Positions 29,282 through 39,345 of a stretch of 64,000 nucleotides of DNA are shown here, piece by piece. The notes under the pieces are model-generated. The model did no database searches and had not been told where the DNA came from. It was given only the letters and a program-made list of their open reading frames with translations. The stretch is from Escherichia phage AugustSocin. Location of the stretch: sequence record MZ501052; one strand, given 5' to 3'. The position numbers and the translations under genes are program-made. The first letter of the stretch is position 1. Each line of letters opens with the position of its first letter.

Positions 29282-29341
29282 GATAATCTCCTCAGTAGTT
29301 TATGTTTATATAGTATCTCAATTTCCAACAAAAGTAAACAG

Positions 29342-29599
29342 CTATTTTAAAACTTCTGCATAATCACATGTTACAAACTGTTTCTCTAGCTTAACGATCT
29401 TACGAAAATGCCTTTTACACTGACGAATCTGCCTCTTCGTAGGACGTACAACAAACTTGATAAATTCCACTCGACCAAATGGAGGGCTTTCTTCTGCTGG
29501 AATATCTAACACCAATTCCCATGTATCCGCAATAAGTGCTTTGAATTGAGTATTTTTCCTGACGTTATACGGAGTAGGTTTAAATAAAACAATATGCAT
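29342..29599 (-). CDS. hypothetical basic protein (85 aa), 61.4 position
   Basis: ORF-track ORF. Confidence 0.5.
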   Translation of the reverse strand: MHIVLFKPTPYNVRKNTQFKALIADTWELVLDIPAEESPPFGRVEFIKFVVRPTKRQIRQCKRHFRKIVKLEKQFVTCDYAEVLK

Positions 29600-29600
29600 A

Positions 29601-29783
29601 TTATCCTCGGCAATCTACTTCACATACTTTCTTGTCATCAATGAAAGCTTTAACTAATGCTTTATTAACTTCAGCATATTGAGTAGTAGCCCATTGAACG
29701 TCATCTTTCATCATTGTGATTTCTTTAGTAAACATGTTTTCATTCTTAAACCACCCCATAAAAACTACCTTTACCAATTCCAT
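29601..29783 (-). CDS. dmd: Dmd (discriminator of mRNA degradation; antitoxin against RnlA/LsoA)
   Basis: 60-aa ORF MELVKVVFMGWFKNE...; matches recalled T4 Dmd; early promoter upstream. Confidence 0.85.
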   Translation of the reverse strand: MELVKVVFMGWFKNENMFTKEITMMKDDVQWATTQYAEVNKALVKAFIDDKKVCEVDCRG

Positions 29784-29812
29784 AACAATCTCCTCATTTA
29801 ACCAACAAGACT

Positions 29813-29842
29813 ACTATACCATAGTCTTGTCAGTTTGTAAAC
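29813..29842 (-). promoter_or_regulatory. T4-type early promoter for dmd
   Basis: -10 TATAGT, 18-nt spacer, -35 GTTTAC. Confidence 0.5.
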
Positions 29843-31269
29843 TAAAATTTTAATTCATTTGCCAAAGCATCTAACTGAGCTCGAGTGGATTCATTTCTTT
29901 GATAGCGATTCTGTTCAGCCTGAATCTGTTGTGAACCTGCTACTTCACTCACTTCAGTTGGAGTAGAATCTTGTTCAATTTCTACCCATTTCTGATTTCC
30001 CTTTTGAACACCCATTAAAAACTTATTCCACTTATTCTTATCGCCATATCGTGATTTGATTTGCTTAATGAGTTGTTGTTCAGCAGCTGCTAGCTCCTCG
30101 GTTTCAATGACCGCAAGCATAAAATCAGCTGTTGCTGGAAGACCAGCAGATTCTGCAATATCGCTCATGTTAACATCGGAAGAGTCCCAAGCTTGTTTAC
30201 CGACCTGTGCTGCAGTCCAAAGAACAGTTTCGGTTTCAACAGCCAGAGCACGCAATTCCTCTGCAATAGCTTTAACAGTTGTGTAACTATTTTCTGAATA
30301 AACTCTGATGCGGCAAGATTTACAAATACCTAGATAGTCGACAATAATGATTGTTGGAACAAAATTCTTCTTGAGCTTCAATTCATTCAAGAGAGACCTG
30401 AATGTGTTAGCATCTGCCCCACCAGTGGGATACTGTTTAACGATTAAACGACCAAGAGTAGATTTCTCACGCCATTTTTCCATTTTTCCTTTATACTCAG
30501 CGTAAGAAATATGCCCATCATCAATGTCATCAAGAGAAACATCAAGCATATTAGCATCAATACGCTTAGCACAGACTTCTTCTGCCATTTCCATGGAAAT
30601 GTAAAGAACATTATGTCCGAGCTGTAAATAATCTGCTGCTAATGAACACAATCCTAATGATTTACCAACGTTAACGCCAGCCATTAAAACGTTCAGTGTT
30701 CCAGTCTCAGCTCCGCCTTTAGTAATTTTGTTTAGAATTCTGAGTTTAAATGGAACCTTACGAGCTTTATTCATATAAGATAGCCAACGTGCTTCGTAGT
30801 CATCCATCCAATCATGACCAACGTAACTATCAAATGAAATTGATAATGCTTGGCGCATGATGTCAGGAATAGCACCAACATCCGGCATTTTCTTATTTCG
30901 TTTTTCCGGAGGAAGTTCAGCATTAGTTTGAATTTCGATTATTTTAGACGTAGCATTAAACATCGCCCTTTGCTGAACATATTTTTCTGTTTCTTTTACT
31001 AACCAGCTGTGGTCTTCCGGAGAATCAGCTAGTTTTGAAATAAGTGTTTTTACACCAGAATATTCTGTTTCAGTAAATGAACTATTTTCTAATGCAACAT
31101 TTAACGCATTAATAGATGGAACGCTATGATACTCATTAACATGAGATTTAATTAATTTGAATGTATTTTTAGCTGGACCACTTTCAAAATATTCTGAATC
31201 CATATATGGCCAAACTTTTGAAAAATAAGCTTGATCAAATATGAGATGAGAAAGAATAATTTCTACCAC
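29842..31269 (-). CDS. 41: replicative DNA helicase gp41 (DnaB-like)
   Basis: 475-aa ORF; Walker A GVNVGKS; size and synteny. Confidence 0.95.
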   Translation of the reverse strand: MVEIILSHLIFDQAYFSKVWPYMDSEYFESGPAKNTFKLIKSHVNEYHSVPSINALNVALENSSFTETEYSGVKTLISKLADSPEDHSWLVKETEKYVQQRAMFNATSKIIEIQTNAELPPEKRNKKMPDVGAIPDIMRQALSISFDSYVGHDWMDDYEARWLSYMNKARKVPFKLRILNKITKGGAETGTLNVLMAGVNVGKSLGLCSLAADYLQLGHNVLYISMEMAEEVCAKRIDANMLDVSLDDIDDGHISYAEYKGKMEKWREKSTLGRLIVKQYPTGGADANTFRSLLNELKLKKNFVPTIIIVDYLGICKSCRIRVYSENSYTTVKAIAEELRALAVETETVLWTAAQVGKQAWDSSDVNMSDIAESAGLPATADFMLAVIETEELAAAEQQLIKQIKSRYGDKNKWNKFLMGVQKGNQKWVEIEQDSTPTEVSEVAGSQQIQAEQNRYQRNESTRAQLDALANELKF

Positions 31270-31278
31270 ACTTACTCC

Positions 31279-31641
31279 TTAAAAGAATTTAAATTTTTTC
31301 TTTGACCTTTTATTAAATGCATCTTGTAGTTGCATTGTAATACATTTTTCTACATGAGGAGCTAACTCAGCTTTTCTTTCTTGGTCAAGAACAGCAAAGT
31401 CCATTACAACCTTTCCATCAACCCAATCCAGTTTTGTTACATACACTATATGTGTAGAACCATCTTCTAGTTTAATGACAATCTCCTGGATAACATTTTC
31501 CATGGCAGATTTAATTATCTTAAGAGATTCATTAAAAAGACGTTCTTTTCTTTCTTCTTCCCCCTCCGAAGAGGGGGATTCATCGATAATTTCTAGATCT
31601 AAATCTAAATCATCTTTATTCATTAAATTCTTCCATATCAC
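31279..31641 (-). CDS. 40: gp40 head vertex assembly chaperone
   Basis: 120-aa ORF between uvsX and 41; start may be internal. Confidence 0.6.
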   Translation of the reverse strand: MIWKNLMNKDDLDLDLEIIDESPSSEGEEERKERLFNESLKIIKSAMENVIQEIVIKLEDGSTHIVYVTKLDWVDGKVVMDFAVLDQERKAELAPHVEKCITMQLQDAFNKRSKKKFKFF

Positions 31642-32797
31642 TTAACTGTTCGAGGTCAGTTTCTAAATCAGCAGCTGATTTACTTTTACTTTCTGGAGAT
31701 TTAAATTTTTCAACCTTTGAGTTAATCAATTCATCAACTTCAGCTTCAACAATTTCATTGCTATCAATAGCACCTAACTGATAAGCACGTTTAATAGCAT
31801 CTCGGAATGGTTGATGCTTAAATAAAGGACCCCAGAATGTAGTGCAGTTGGTATCTTTTGCACGCCAAGATTTTTCTTCGCGAATCATCTCACCGGTTTC
31901 TTCATCAAGAAATTCACGAGCATACCAACCGTTCTTAGGTTTTACCACGAATCCTAATTCTAGAGCCATATCTAACAATCCAGAATAAGGATCGATACCA
32001 CCGTCAAATTTAACATCAATAAAGAATTTACTTTTTTCTTTAACGGTACGAGATTTTTCTACATTTAGAACAAATTGATACCCCTGAAGATCAGAACCAT
32101 CTTTAATCTGGCGTTTACCGATAATGAATACGGTATCAGCCGAATACATTACGCCTGTACCACCTGTCATCACGGTTTTACTAAACATTTCAATTGTTTC
32201 AATTGTATGGTTAACCGCAACACATGGAATATTTTTAATGCTAAAATAAGGAGTAACAATACGGAATAATGACTTCAGTGATTTAGCACGAGTCATATCT
32301 GCCACAGATTTTTCATTCAAGGCATCTTCCGTTTCTTTCTTAGAAGCCATATTACCGATTGAGTCGATGAATACAATAACCTTTTCACCGCGCTCAATAG
32401 CTTCAAGCTGGTTCACCATATCAATTTTCAGCTGTTCAACTGACTGAATCGGCGTATGAATTACTCGTTCCGGGTCAACTCCCATGGATCGCAAATAAGC
32501 TGGAGTAATACCAAATTCACTATCATAGAATAGACAAACCGCGTCAGGATATTTGTTCAAATATGCCGCAACCATAGTCAAAGACATATTTGATTTAAAG
32601 TGTTTAGAAGGCCCTGCGAAAATAGTTAAACCAGACTGCATGCCGCCATCAATCGCACCAGAAATAGCAATATTAAGCATTGGGATTTTTGTACGGATTA
32701 CATCCTTTTCATTAAAGAATTTAGATGTAGTCAGTTCAGCAGTCATTTTAGAAGTGGAAGCTTTAATCAAACGGGATTTTAAATCTGCAATAGACAT
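31616..32797 (-). CDS. uvsX: UvsX recombinase (RecA-like)
   Basis: 393-aa ORF; Walker A GPSKHFKS; near-identical to recalled T4 UvsX. Confidence 0.95.
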   Translation of the reverse strand: MSIADLKSRLIKASTSKMTAELTTSKFFNEKDVIRTKIPMLNIAISGAIDGGMQSGLTIFAGPSKHFKSNMSLTMVAAYLNKYPDAVCLFYDSEFGITPAYLRSMGVDPERVIHTPIQSVEQLKIDMVNQLEAIERGEKVIVFIDSIGNMASKKETEDALNEKSVADMTRAKSLKSLFRIVTPYFSIKNIPCVAVNHTIETIEMFSKTVMTGGTGVMYSADTVFIIGKRQIKDGSDLQGYQFVLNVEKSRTVKEKSKFFIDVKFDGGIDPYSGLLDMALELGFVVKPKNGWYAREFLDEETGEMIREEKSWRAKDTNCTTFWGPLFKHQPFRDAIKRAYQLGAIDSNEIVEAEVDELINSKVEKFKSPESKSKSAADLETDLEQLSDMEEFNE

Positions 32798-32874
32798 TCA
32801 TTTTTTCCATAGGCATCATTATATTTTCCTCACTGGTTAAAGATAAAGTAATTATAACACAATAAATTTAGGCA

Positions 32875-33717
32875 TTAATCAACTGCTATCGGATGAATAG
32901 CATTAAACTTATGAAATGCTTCTGATTTTTCTTTACGTGAAACACACATGCGAAGAACCTTTAATGGCTCATCTTCTTCACCCAACGATTTTCGTTTTTC
33001 AATATTCGATGTTTTCCAACGAGCTTGTTCTGGAAACTCTCTATTGATTTGCTCAAGCGCTCTATTATGTTTAGAATTACTACGAATTGAACTGCACCCT
33101 CCAGGAGCTTGTGCTTTTCCAGATACAACCAGATATTTGAACAAGGCCAAATGCGGATAACCTTGATTAATTAAATTGAGAAATGCATACATATCTTCGC
33201 ACAAATCAATTTTTCCATACCCAATTTGTTCTGTCGTAAGTTTTCCAAGGTCATACCATGTATTCGTGAATCCATATAAATTTTCACGATAATTACCCCA
33301 AGATGAAGTAATTTTAAAAATAGGTAGACGAGCATGACCGTGATAATACCCACAATCCATGGCATCTTCGACGTATTGAATCAATTCATAGAACTGTTCA
33401 CGAGTCAATTGATTGACTTTATCCACACAACGACGATCATCTCTTTTTCGCATTGAACTCATACGAATAGTAGTATCATCGTCAATCATCCAGATTCGTT
33501 GACCTGCATACATATCAGTAATTGCTTTACGAGTACCGGCAATTCCATTAACATCATCAGGAATAGTTACAATTTTAGCTTTAGACCCATAGGCATCATA
33601 ATAAGCTTTTTCTTCATGTTCACGTACTACGATATGAGGTTCATAATCAGTCGGAAACATATCAAGGGCAGAAACTGCCCCTACACGTTGATAGCTCGGA
33701 ATTACGAATTGAATCAT
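32875..33717 (-). CDS. glycosyltransferase at the beta-gt locus, likely T2/T6-type beta-glucosyl-HMC alpha-glucosyltransferase
   Basis: 280-aa ORF with DxD-like motif (MIDDDT); occupies the beta-gt position but is shorter and unrelated to 351-aa T4 beta-gt. Confidence 0.55.
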   Translation of the reverse strand: MIQFVIPSYQRVGAVSALDMFPTDYEPHIVVREHEEKAYYDAYGSKAKIVTIPDDVNGIAGTRKAITDMYAGQRIWMIDDDTTIRMSSMRKRDDRRCVDKVNQLTREQFYELIQYVEDAMDCGYYHGHARLPIFKITSSWGNYRENLYGFTNTWYDLGKLTTEQIGYGKIDLCEDMYAFLNLINQGYPHLALFKYLVVSGKAQAPGGCSSIRSNSKHNRALEQINREFPEQARWKTSNIEKRKSLGEEDEPLKVLRMCVSRKEKSEAFHKFNAIHPIAVD

Positions 33718-34355
33718 TTAAGTGCCTTACATTTGTCAAAATGGTATCTTGTCATATTTGGCCCACGTCCTTTTAGTCCGCAATGCGGACATATTTTTTC
33801 TATCAAATTATGAGGTTTTCCTTTACGATTTTTAGACATCGTTTCTTTAATTATTTTAGCTTTTTCTACGCCAAAAATTTCTTCATAAGTTTTACCAGAA
33901 TTTTCCTTGGCTCGATTTATAATTCCATATGCCTGCTCATTTTTACCATACATTGGATTACCTTCGCCTTTCATTCTTTTAGAATGATCAGGACGCTTGA
34001 TTCCACGAAAGGCATTTCCGCACTTATATCTTTCTTCTGGAGATAGTTTTTTACCGTACATTCCATTTAATTTGCCTGGAAAACTTCCTCCCCATGCTTC
34101 ATTCTTTAAATTATATGAATCCGGACAATTAGCAGCATCTAAACAAGTTAAAATAATTTCTTCAACCTGTCTAAACATTGGTCCTTCATATAATATTTCT
34201 TTATTAAAGGATTTTATTCCATATTTCTTTTTAGCATGTTGCCAAACTACACCCGAACCATCATAATTCGGGTTGTGACCATCATGACTTCCTATATACC
34301 ACTTTTTAGTTTTAGGATGTTTATACTTATAAACATGCGGCACATTTACTTCCAT
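33714..34355 (-). CDS. GIY-YIG family homing endonuclease (Seg-like)
   Basis: N-terminal VYKY...KWYIGSH (GIY-YIG-like); basic C-terminal NUMOD-like repeats; CPHC...C zinc-finger-like end. Confidence 0.6.
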   Translation of the reverse strand: MEVNVPHVYKYKHPKTKKWYIGSHDGHNPNYDGSGVVWQHAKKKYGIKSFNKEILYEGPMFRQVEEIILTCLDAANCPDSYNLKNEAWGGSFPGKLNGMYGKKLSPEERYKCGNAFRGIKRPDHSKRMKGEGNPMYGKNEQAYGIINRAKENSGKTYEEIFGVEKAKIIKETMSKNRKGKPHNLIEKICPHCGLKGRGPNMTRYHFDKCKALK

Positions 34356-35086
34356 TTTCCAGTATAATCCTTTTTAGCAATATGAGTCTCACCGGTGTTC
34401 CACCAATGGTCAACTAAATAAAACTGATTTTCGTACACATGAAGACTTCCAACGTTCCATATAATAGAACCTGCTTTATATTGCCGCGATGGGTCGCCTG
34501 CATTCAAATCAGATACTAATTTATCTAGTACGTATTTTTGCCAAGCATAATCATTACGATAGCCTGCCCAGCAATCATTGCTTCTCATGCTAACAACCGC
34601 ATTGACTTTCTTATCACGAATCAGGTACTGTACTGTATTAGTACACATGAAATCTGACATACCATCTTTATTGTAGTCAAATTGCATGGATGGACGAGTA
34701 TAAATCATGATACCACGTCGAGAATCAGGATTTTGACCAAGTTCAGCTAAACACATATCATACTGGGCATAGTTATCTTCTGACCAAATAGCCCAACCAT
34801 AATTCGAGTTAATTTCGCCTTTAGAAGATGCTACCTGCTGCCAAATCTTTGGTGTTTCGCCTGGAATATCTTTAACAAACAAGCTCTTAGATTTATACCA
34901 TTCAAGTTCACGCTGAATGTATTCATCATTAAGAGCGCCAAAAATAAACGGTTCATCTGCTACAAATGATGCGCCAATAATTTCAATAGTTTTAACACCG
35001 GTTTTATCAACTACGAAATCTTTTTCTTTTAATGCAAGCCCCAAATGAAGACGGATTTCTTCAACTGTCATAGAGTCACTAATCAT
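34346..35086 (-). CDS. 42: dCMP hydroxymethylase gp42
   Basis: 246-aa ORF; thymidylate-synthase-like fold motifs; size and synteny. Confidence 0.92.
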   Translation of the reverse strand: MISDSMTVEEIRLHLGLALKEKDFVVDKTGVKTIEIIGASFVADEPFIFGALNDEYIQRELEWYKSKSLFVKDIPGETPKIWQQVASSKGEINSNYGWAIWSEDNYAQYDMCLAELGQNPDSRRGIMIYTRPSMQFDYNKDGMSDFMCTNTVQYLIRDKKVNAVVSMRSNDCWAGYRNDYAWQKYVLDKLVSDLNAGDPSRQYKAGSIIWNVGSLHVYENQFYLVDHWWNTGETHIAKKDYTGKWK

Positions 35087-35239
35087 TTAAACCTCAATTG
35101 ATACATTCATATTTAACTTGTAACAGTAATAAACCCCAACCTAAAATAATAGTTGGAATCATAAGAGGAACCGTTACACTATAGTATATACTTATTATAA
35201 TCATCAAGATTAAAAGCAACACTGCTATAATTTTGCTTT

Positions 35240-35491
35240 TCATTCCTTCTCTCTGATGATAATTACTTGATTTGGTTGTGCAGACTTTTTAGTTTCACCA
35301 GCAATTGACCAAATAAATGTAATAAACCAACCAATAATTGACCAGTTAAACAGTAAAGATGTGAAAAAGATTCCTACTGTCGATTTTGACCCACGCATCA
35401 AGGCAATAAACCATGGAAGCATGTATATAATAATAGCCAACACACCTGAAACTAAAACCATAAAAATTGAACCTGCTACTAAAGTTTCCAT
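35240..35491 (-). CDS. imm: Imm (immunity to superinfection) membrane protein
   Basis: 83-aa ORF with two TM helices; matches recalled T4 Imm. Confidence 0.85.
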   Translation of the reverse strand: METLVAGSIFMVLVSGVLAIIIYMLPWFIALMRGSKSTVGIFFTSLLFNWSIIGWFITFIWSIAGETKKSAQPNQVIIIREKE

Positions 35492-35498
35492 GTTTTCC

Positions 35499-35879
35499 TC
35501 ACTTAGTCAAATTTTTTACACATGAATTATAAGAATTCACTACATACTCCATCGGAGCATTTTTACCGGTACGCCATTGGTAATTATTAGCCCAATTTGC
35601 CCAAAGCTCGGCGCAGTAGTTTTCAATTTTTTCTTCGCGTGTAATTACATCCGAATTACGATATGCTTGAGCAGATTCATCTGGACGAATAGCTTCGTCA
35701 AAATTTGCCTGCATTTGTTCTACTGTTTGCTTTGGAGCTTCTTTATAACACTTGACATTAGGATTATAAAATTTGCTTGAACAGTTTACAATTTTTCCTA
35801 CATCAGACTGATTTACTACCGGTCCTTGAGCTACACAACCAGTAAGACCTAATGCAATAACCAAAATAGCGATTTTCAT
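35499..35879 (-). CDS. putative lipoprotein (126 aa), imm.1 position
   Basis: signal peptide with LTGC lipobox. Confidence 0.5.
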   Translation of the reverse strand: MKIAILVIALGLTGCVAQGPVVNQSDVGKIVNCSSKFYNPNVKCYKEAPKQTVEQMQANFDEAIRPDESAQAYRNSDVITREEKIENYCAELWANWANNYQWRTGKNAPMEYVVNSYNSCVKNLTK

Positions 35880-35889
35880 AATAATTTCC

Positions 35890-36126
35890 TCAAATGCAAG
35901 TAGTAATTACTCCAGTAGTGCTTATGCAGATATTACCCATTTGCACACCTAAAGATCCATTTGTATTCACATGAAGATTATCATCAATTTTAACTGATAT
36001 TTTACCATTAGTGTGAATAACGGTGCTAGATTCAATCACAGGTTGAGTATCATTTTCAACACTAACAAATGGAACTGCTGCTAATGCAACTAAACAAACT
36101 GCTAAGCATCCCATAACAATTTTCAT
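35890..36126 (-). CDS. small secreted/membrane protein (about 78 aa)
   Basis: internal ATG MKIVMG with GGAGAATAAA RBS; signal-peptide-like N-terminus. Confidence 0.45.
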   Translation of the reverse strand: MKIVMGCLAVCLVALAAVPFVSVENDTQPVIESSTVIHTNGKISVKIDDNLHVNTNGSLGVQMGNICISTTGVITTCI

Positions 36127-36160
36127 TTTATTCTCCAAATCCGTATTAGTTGATAGTTGT

Positions 36161-36190
36161 ATAGTACCATGGAAGAACAGTCTTGTAAAC
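36161..36190 (-). promoter_or_regulatory. T4-type early promoter
   Basis: -10 TACTAT, 18-nt spacer, -35 GTTTAC, UP element. Confidence 0.55.
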
Positions 36191-36274
36191 AGTTTTGTGA
36201 AAATTTTTTAGGGAATTCTAAAGGTCCAGAATCATCTGTTTTTCATAAGTATAGATTTATATTACTTGTATGAA

Positions 36275-36292
36275 AAAGGGACCCGGAGGTCC
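36275..36292 (-). terminator. intrinsic terminator downstream of gene 43
   Basis: GGGACC-CGGA-GGTCCC hairpin followed by TTTTTC on the minus strand. Confidence 0.55.
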
Positions 36293-36306
36293 CTAGATTT
36301 ATTCTA

Positions 36307-39003
36307 TCAGCCAAACAGGAAGTCTAACGAAGCTTTTTCTTCATAGTCCATACCAGCCGATTCACACATGCCTGCAAGCGGTTTAACAAACGATTTTTGG
36401 AACAAAGTTGAGTAGTCAATCCAAGACAGTACGTCAGAACGAATTTCTTTTGGAAGTTCTGTGCCCGACGGCCAAGCAATGCACTTGTCACCAAATGGAT
36501 TTCCCTCACGTAATGGAAGAACCATTACCTTATTTCCATCCAAAATTGGAGCTACACCTAAACCGTTAACAGCTCGACGATAAGTTAGCACCCCACGAAT
36601 ATGGAACGGGCATTTAAATCCTGGCCAACCTTTATCATCATATTTCGCTATATCGTTCGCAGTTTTTACTTCAGCAATAACTTTATAGTCAAGTTGACGA
36701 TATTCTTTCTCGAAGTTTTTGTAATATTCTTGGACAGACTCTTCACCTTCCTGAAGAATACGACGAATACTTTCTTCGAGAGCTTCTTGCACTGCTTTTG
36801 GTGTTGAACTCTGCTGAGTTTCCATACCCATGATTTTTAGATGTGGTTCAGCAAATCGCTTATCTTCCATATCATAAACGTTCAGAGCATAACGCTTTTT
36901 CGCTTTCCAAAATCCACCAACGCCCTTTGAACCAAGTGGAGGGCAAGAAATAGCTTCACGGTCCATATGCATCAGATGCTCGCGGTTATTCATATAATCA
37001 CACAACTCGCGATATGCAACATCAATCATAGGTTCCATCTTTTTCTTACCGAACTGATTCATGAATTCAACTAAATCGTTCTGCTCTTTGAATCGGTCAA
37101 GACCAACTTTTTCAATAACTTTATCTACACAAACATATACCGAATCAGTATCACCTGCTGCGATGAAATCTTCGCCATTAGTTCCACATACTTTATTCAG
37201 ATACTCATTAATTTTACGAGCAATCCACTGAATACCAACTTGGCCGAAAATTGTGATAGCAGTAGCATTTCGCAAATCATAGTAACGGAAATGAATATTA
37301 CCAAGAGCACCATAAAGACTGTTAATAAGAATTTTACGGTTCAGCTGATTTGTGTTAGCAAGTGTAGCTGCTTTTTCACATTCTTCGATCAGACTATTAA
37401 GAACAGATTCAGTGTAATTCGATAATTCATTTAAGAAATCATCGCTGAACTTAACATATCGTTCAACTTCAGGTTTAGTTGAACAAGACCCTGCGCCTTT
37501 CATAATAATCTTTTTAATAGCTTCGGCATTCATTTCTTCAGCGAACATTTTCTTTTTCCAATCTTTACGCTGGAAAAATACTTTAGCAATTTCCTTTGGA
37601 ATGATACCTTCTTGGTGCTTATCATACATCCATCCATTCGGAGAACAAGAATATTCATCACTCGGTTTAGGAGCTGTTCCTGCGATATATTCATGAATTG
37701 GATGAACTTTAAACTGGCCACGAATAGTTTCAGGACTAATGTTAACCTGACGAATAATGCTAGGATACAGAGACGTCAAGTCAAAACTCATAATATATCG
37801 ACGAGCAATTGGTTTAGGTTCAAATACAAATGCACCCGGAAAACTCTGTTTAACGTGTGAACCTTGTTGAGGAATAACCTTATGTTCACCTTTCAATGAG
37901 TTAAAAATAATAGCATCCCAGGTTTTAATAGGACTCATTACACCAGAAAAAGGCATTTTAGCGTAATAAGACATACTTAAAACTAGATCGATAAACCCGC
38001 GAATTTTATCAATTGCTTGAACTGATTCTACGTCAATGATGTTATAACTAATGTATCGTTGATGATTAGTCTCACGAAGTTTATTAATAGGACCGTCGTA
38101 TGGTAATTTACCTTTTTTGGTTTCATGCTGAGCAACTGATTCCAAAGAGAATGACGGCAAATTAGTAAATGCGAATTTCTTATACAAATCTAAATAATCA
38201 AGAATAGATACGCCATCAATAGAATAAATTTCTTTGCTACCGTACATATTTTGAATTAGTTTAGATTTTACTCGACCGATTGGAGAGAAGCGTTTCATAC
38301 TGCGTTCACCAAGAACCATTTTAACGCGATTCATGATATACGGAACGTCAAATCCCTCAATATTCCAACCAGTAAAAATAGCAGGTCGTTTCTGTTCCCA
38401 GAGATTGATATATTCCATGAGCATATCACGCTCATTATCGAATGGCATATAAATTACTCGGTCAAGAATTTCTTGAGGAACTTCATCACCACCTTCACAG
38501 TCAAGCTTAGCAGCTAACTTTACATCCCATTTTGATACTGAACCGTACATTGAATTCAAAAGGTCGAAAACATAAAAACGATCATCAATTGAATCGTAAT
38601 GAGTGATAGCATCAATTTCATATTCAGCTTTCATTGGGTCAGGAAATTTATCACCAGTAACCTCAATGTCACAGTTAGCTACACGAACAAATTTTCGGTC
38701 ATAAACAATTTCTGAACCGTATGTATCACTGATATAAGCGAGTTTAAAATCGTTCATACCGAGAGCTTCGAGACCGATGTCTTCCATTCGTTTCATCCAA
38801 TCTCGAGCATCTTTCATTGATGGAAATTTTTGAGGAGCGCAGTTTTTACCATAGATGTCTTTGTACTTTGACTCTTCCTTACAATGCCTAAACATAGTTG
38901 GAAGATATTCTACTTCACGAGTACGTTCCTTTCCGTTTTCATCAATATAACGTTCAACAATGTTATTTCCGACTGTTTCAATAGAGATATAAAATTCTTT
39001 CAT
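36307..39003 (-). CDS. 43: DNA polymerase gp43 (family B)
   Basis: 898-aa ORF; exonuclease and polymerase motifs (YGDTDS); size and synteny. Confidence 0.97.
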   Translation of the reverse strand: MKEFYISIETVGNNIVERYIDENGKERTREVEYLPTMFRHCKEESKYKDIYGKNCAPQKFPSMKDARDWMKRMEDIGLEALGMNDFKLAYISDTYGSEIVYDRKFVRVANCDIEVTGDKFPDPMKAEYEIDAITHYDSIDDRFYVFDLLNSMYGSVSKWDVKLAAKLDCEGGDEVPQEILDRVIYMPFDNERDMLMEYINLWEQKRPAIFTGWNIEGFDVPYIMNRVKMVLGERSMKRFSPIGRVKSKLIQNMYGSKEIYSIDGVSILDYLDLYKKFAFTNLPSFSLESVAQHETKKGKLPYDGPINKLRETNHQRYISYNIIDVESVQAIDKIRGFIDLVLSMSYYAKMPFSGVMSPIKTWDAIIFNSLKGEHKVIPQQGSHVKQSFPGAFVFEPKPIARRYIMSFDLTSLYPSIIRQVNISPETIRGQFKVHPIHEYIAGTAPKPSDEYSCSPNGWMYDKHQEGIIPKEIAKVFFQRKDWKKKMFAEEMNAEAIKKIIMKGAGSCSTKPEVERYVKFSDDFLNELSNYTESVLNSLIEECEKAATLANTNQLNRKILINSLYGALGNIHFRYYDLRNATAITIFGQVGIQWIARKINEYLNKVCGTNGEDFIAAGDTDSVYVCVDKVIEKVGLDRFKEQNDLVEFMNQFGKKKMEPMIDVAYRELCDYMNNREHLMHMDREAISCPPLGSKGVGGFWKAKKRYALNVYDMEDKRFAEPHLKIMGMETQQSSTPKAVQEALEESIRRILQEGEESVQEYYKNFEKEYRQLDYKVIAEVKTANDIAKYDDKGWPGFKCPFHIRGVLTYRRAVNGLGVAPILDGNKVMVLPLREGNPFGDKCIAWPSGTELPKEIRSDVLSWIDYSTLFQKSFVKPLAGMCESAGMDYEEKASLDFLFG

Positions 39004-39063
39004 AGATATTCCTTAGTTTATAGCCCGAGTTATTAGGCTCTTGATATATTATACTCCAAATAA

Positions 39064-39081
39064 GGGGCCGAAGCCCCTTGC
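39064..39081 (-). other. tetraloop hairpin upstream of gene 43 (terminator or translational-operator region)
   Basis: GGGGCC-GAAG-CCCCTT between the 39082 ORF and the gene 43 start. Confidence 0.4.
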
Positions 39082-39345
39082 TTAAATTAGCGCTATTTGT
39101 CGAGTGAAAATTGTCAATCCATCTACATTAATTGACTTAACGACTGCAGTAAAATGTTTTTGTTCTGGGTGAACTAGTTTTTGAAATTCTACTTGAAATT
39201 TTAGTTGGAGGTTTTCTGGTAAATCAAAAAGTGTTTCTGTTGCAGAAAGATTATATTTTTCTTTAAGAGACGCCATGTATTCTTGTGGAGTTATAGCAGT
39301 CATATTAATTACCAATCGTATATTTAGGAACGAGTTTCCATTCAT
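39082..39345 (-). CDS. hypothetical protein (up to 87 aa) between regA and 43
   Basis: ORF-track ORF; weak RBS; overlaps the regA 3' end. Confidence 0.3.
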   Translation of the reverse strand: MNGNSFLNIRLVINMTAITPQEYMASLKEKYNLSATETLFDLPENLQLKFQVEFQKLVHPEQKHFTAVVKSINVDGLTIFTRQIALI

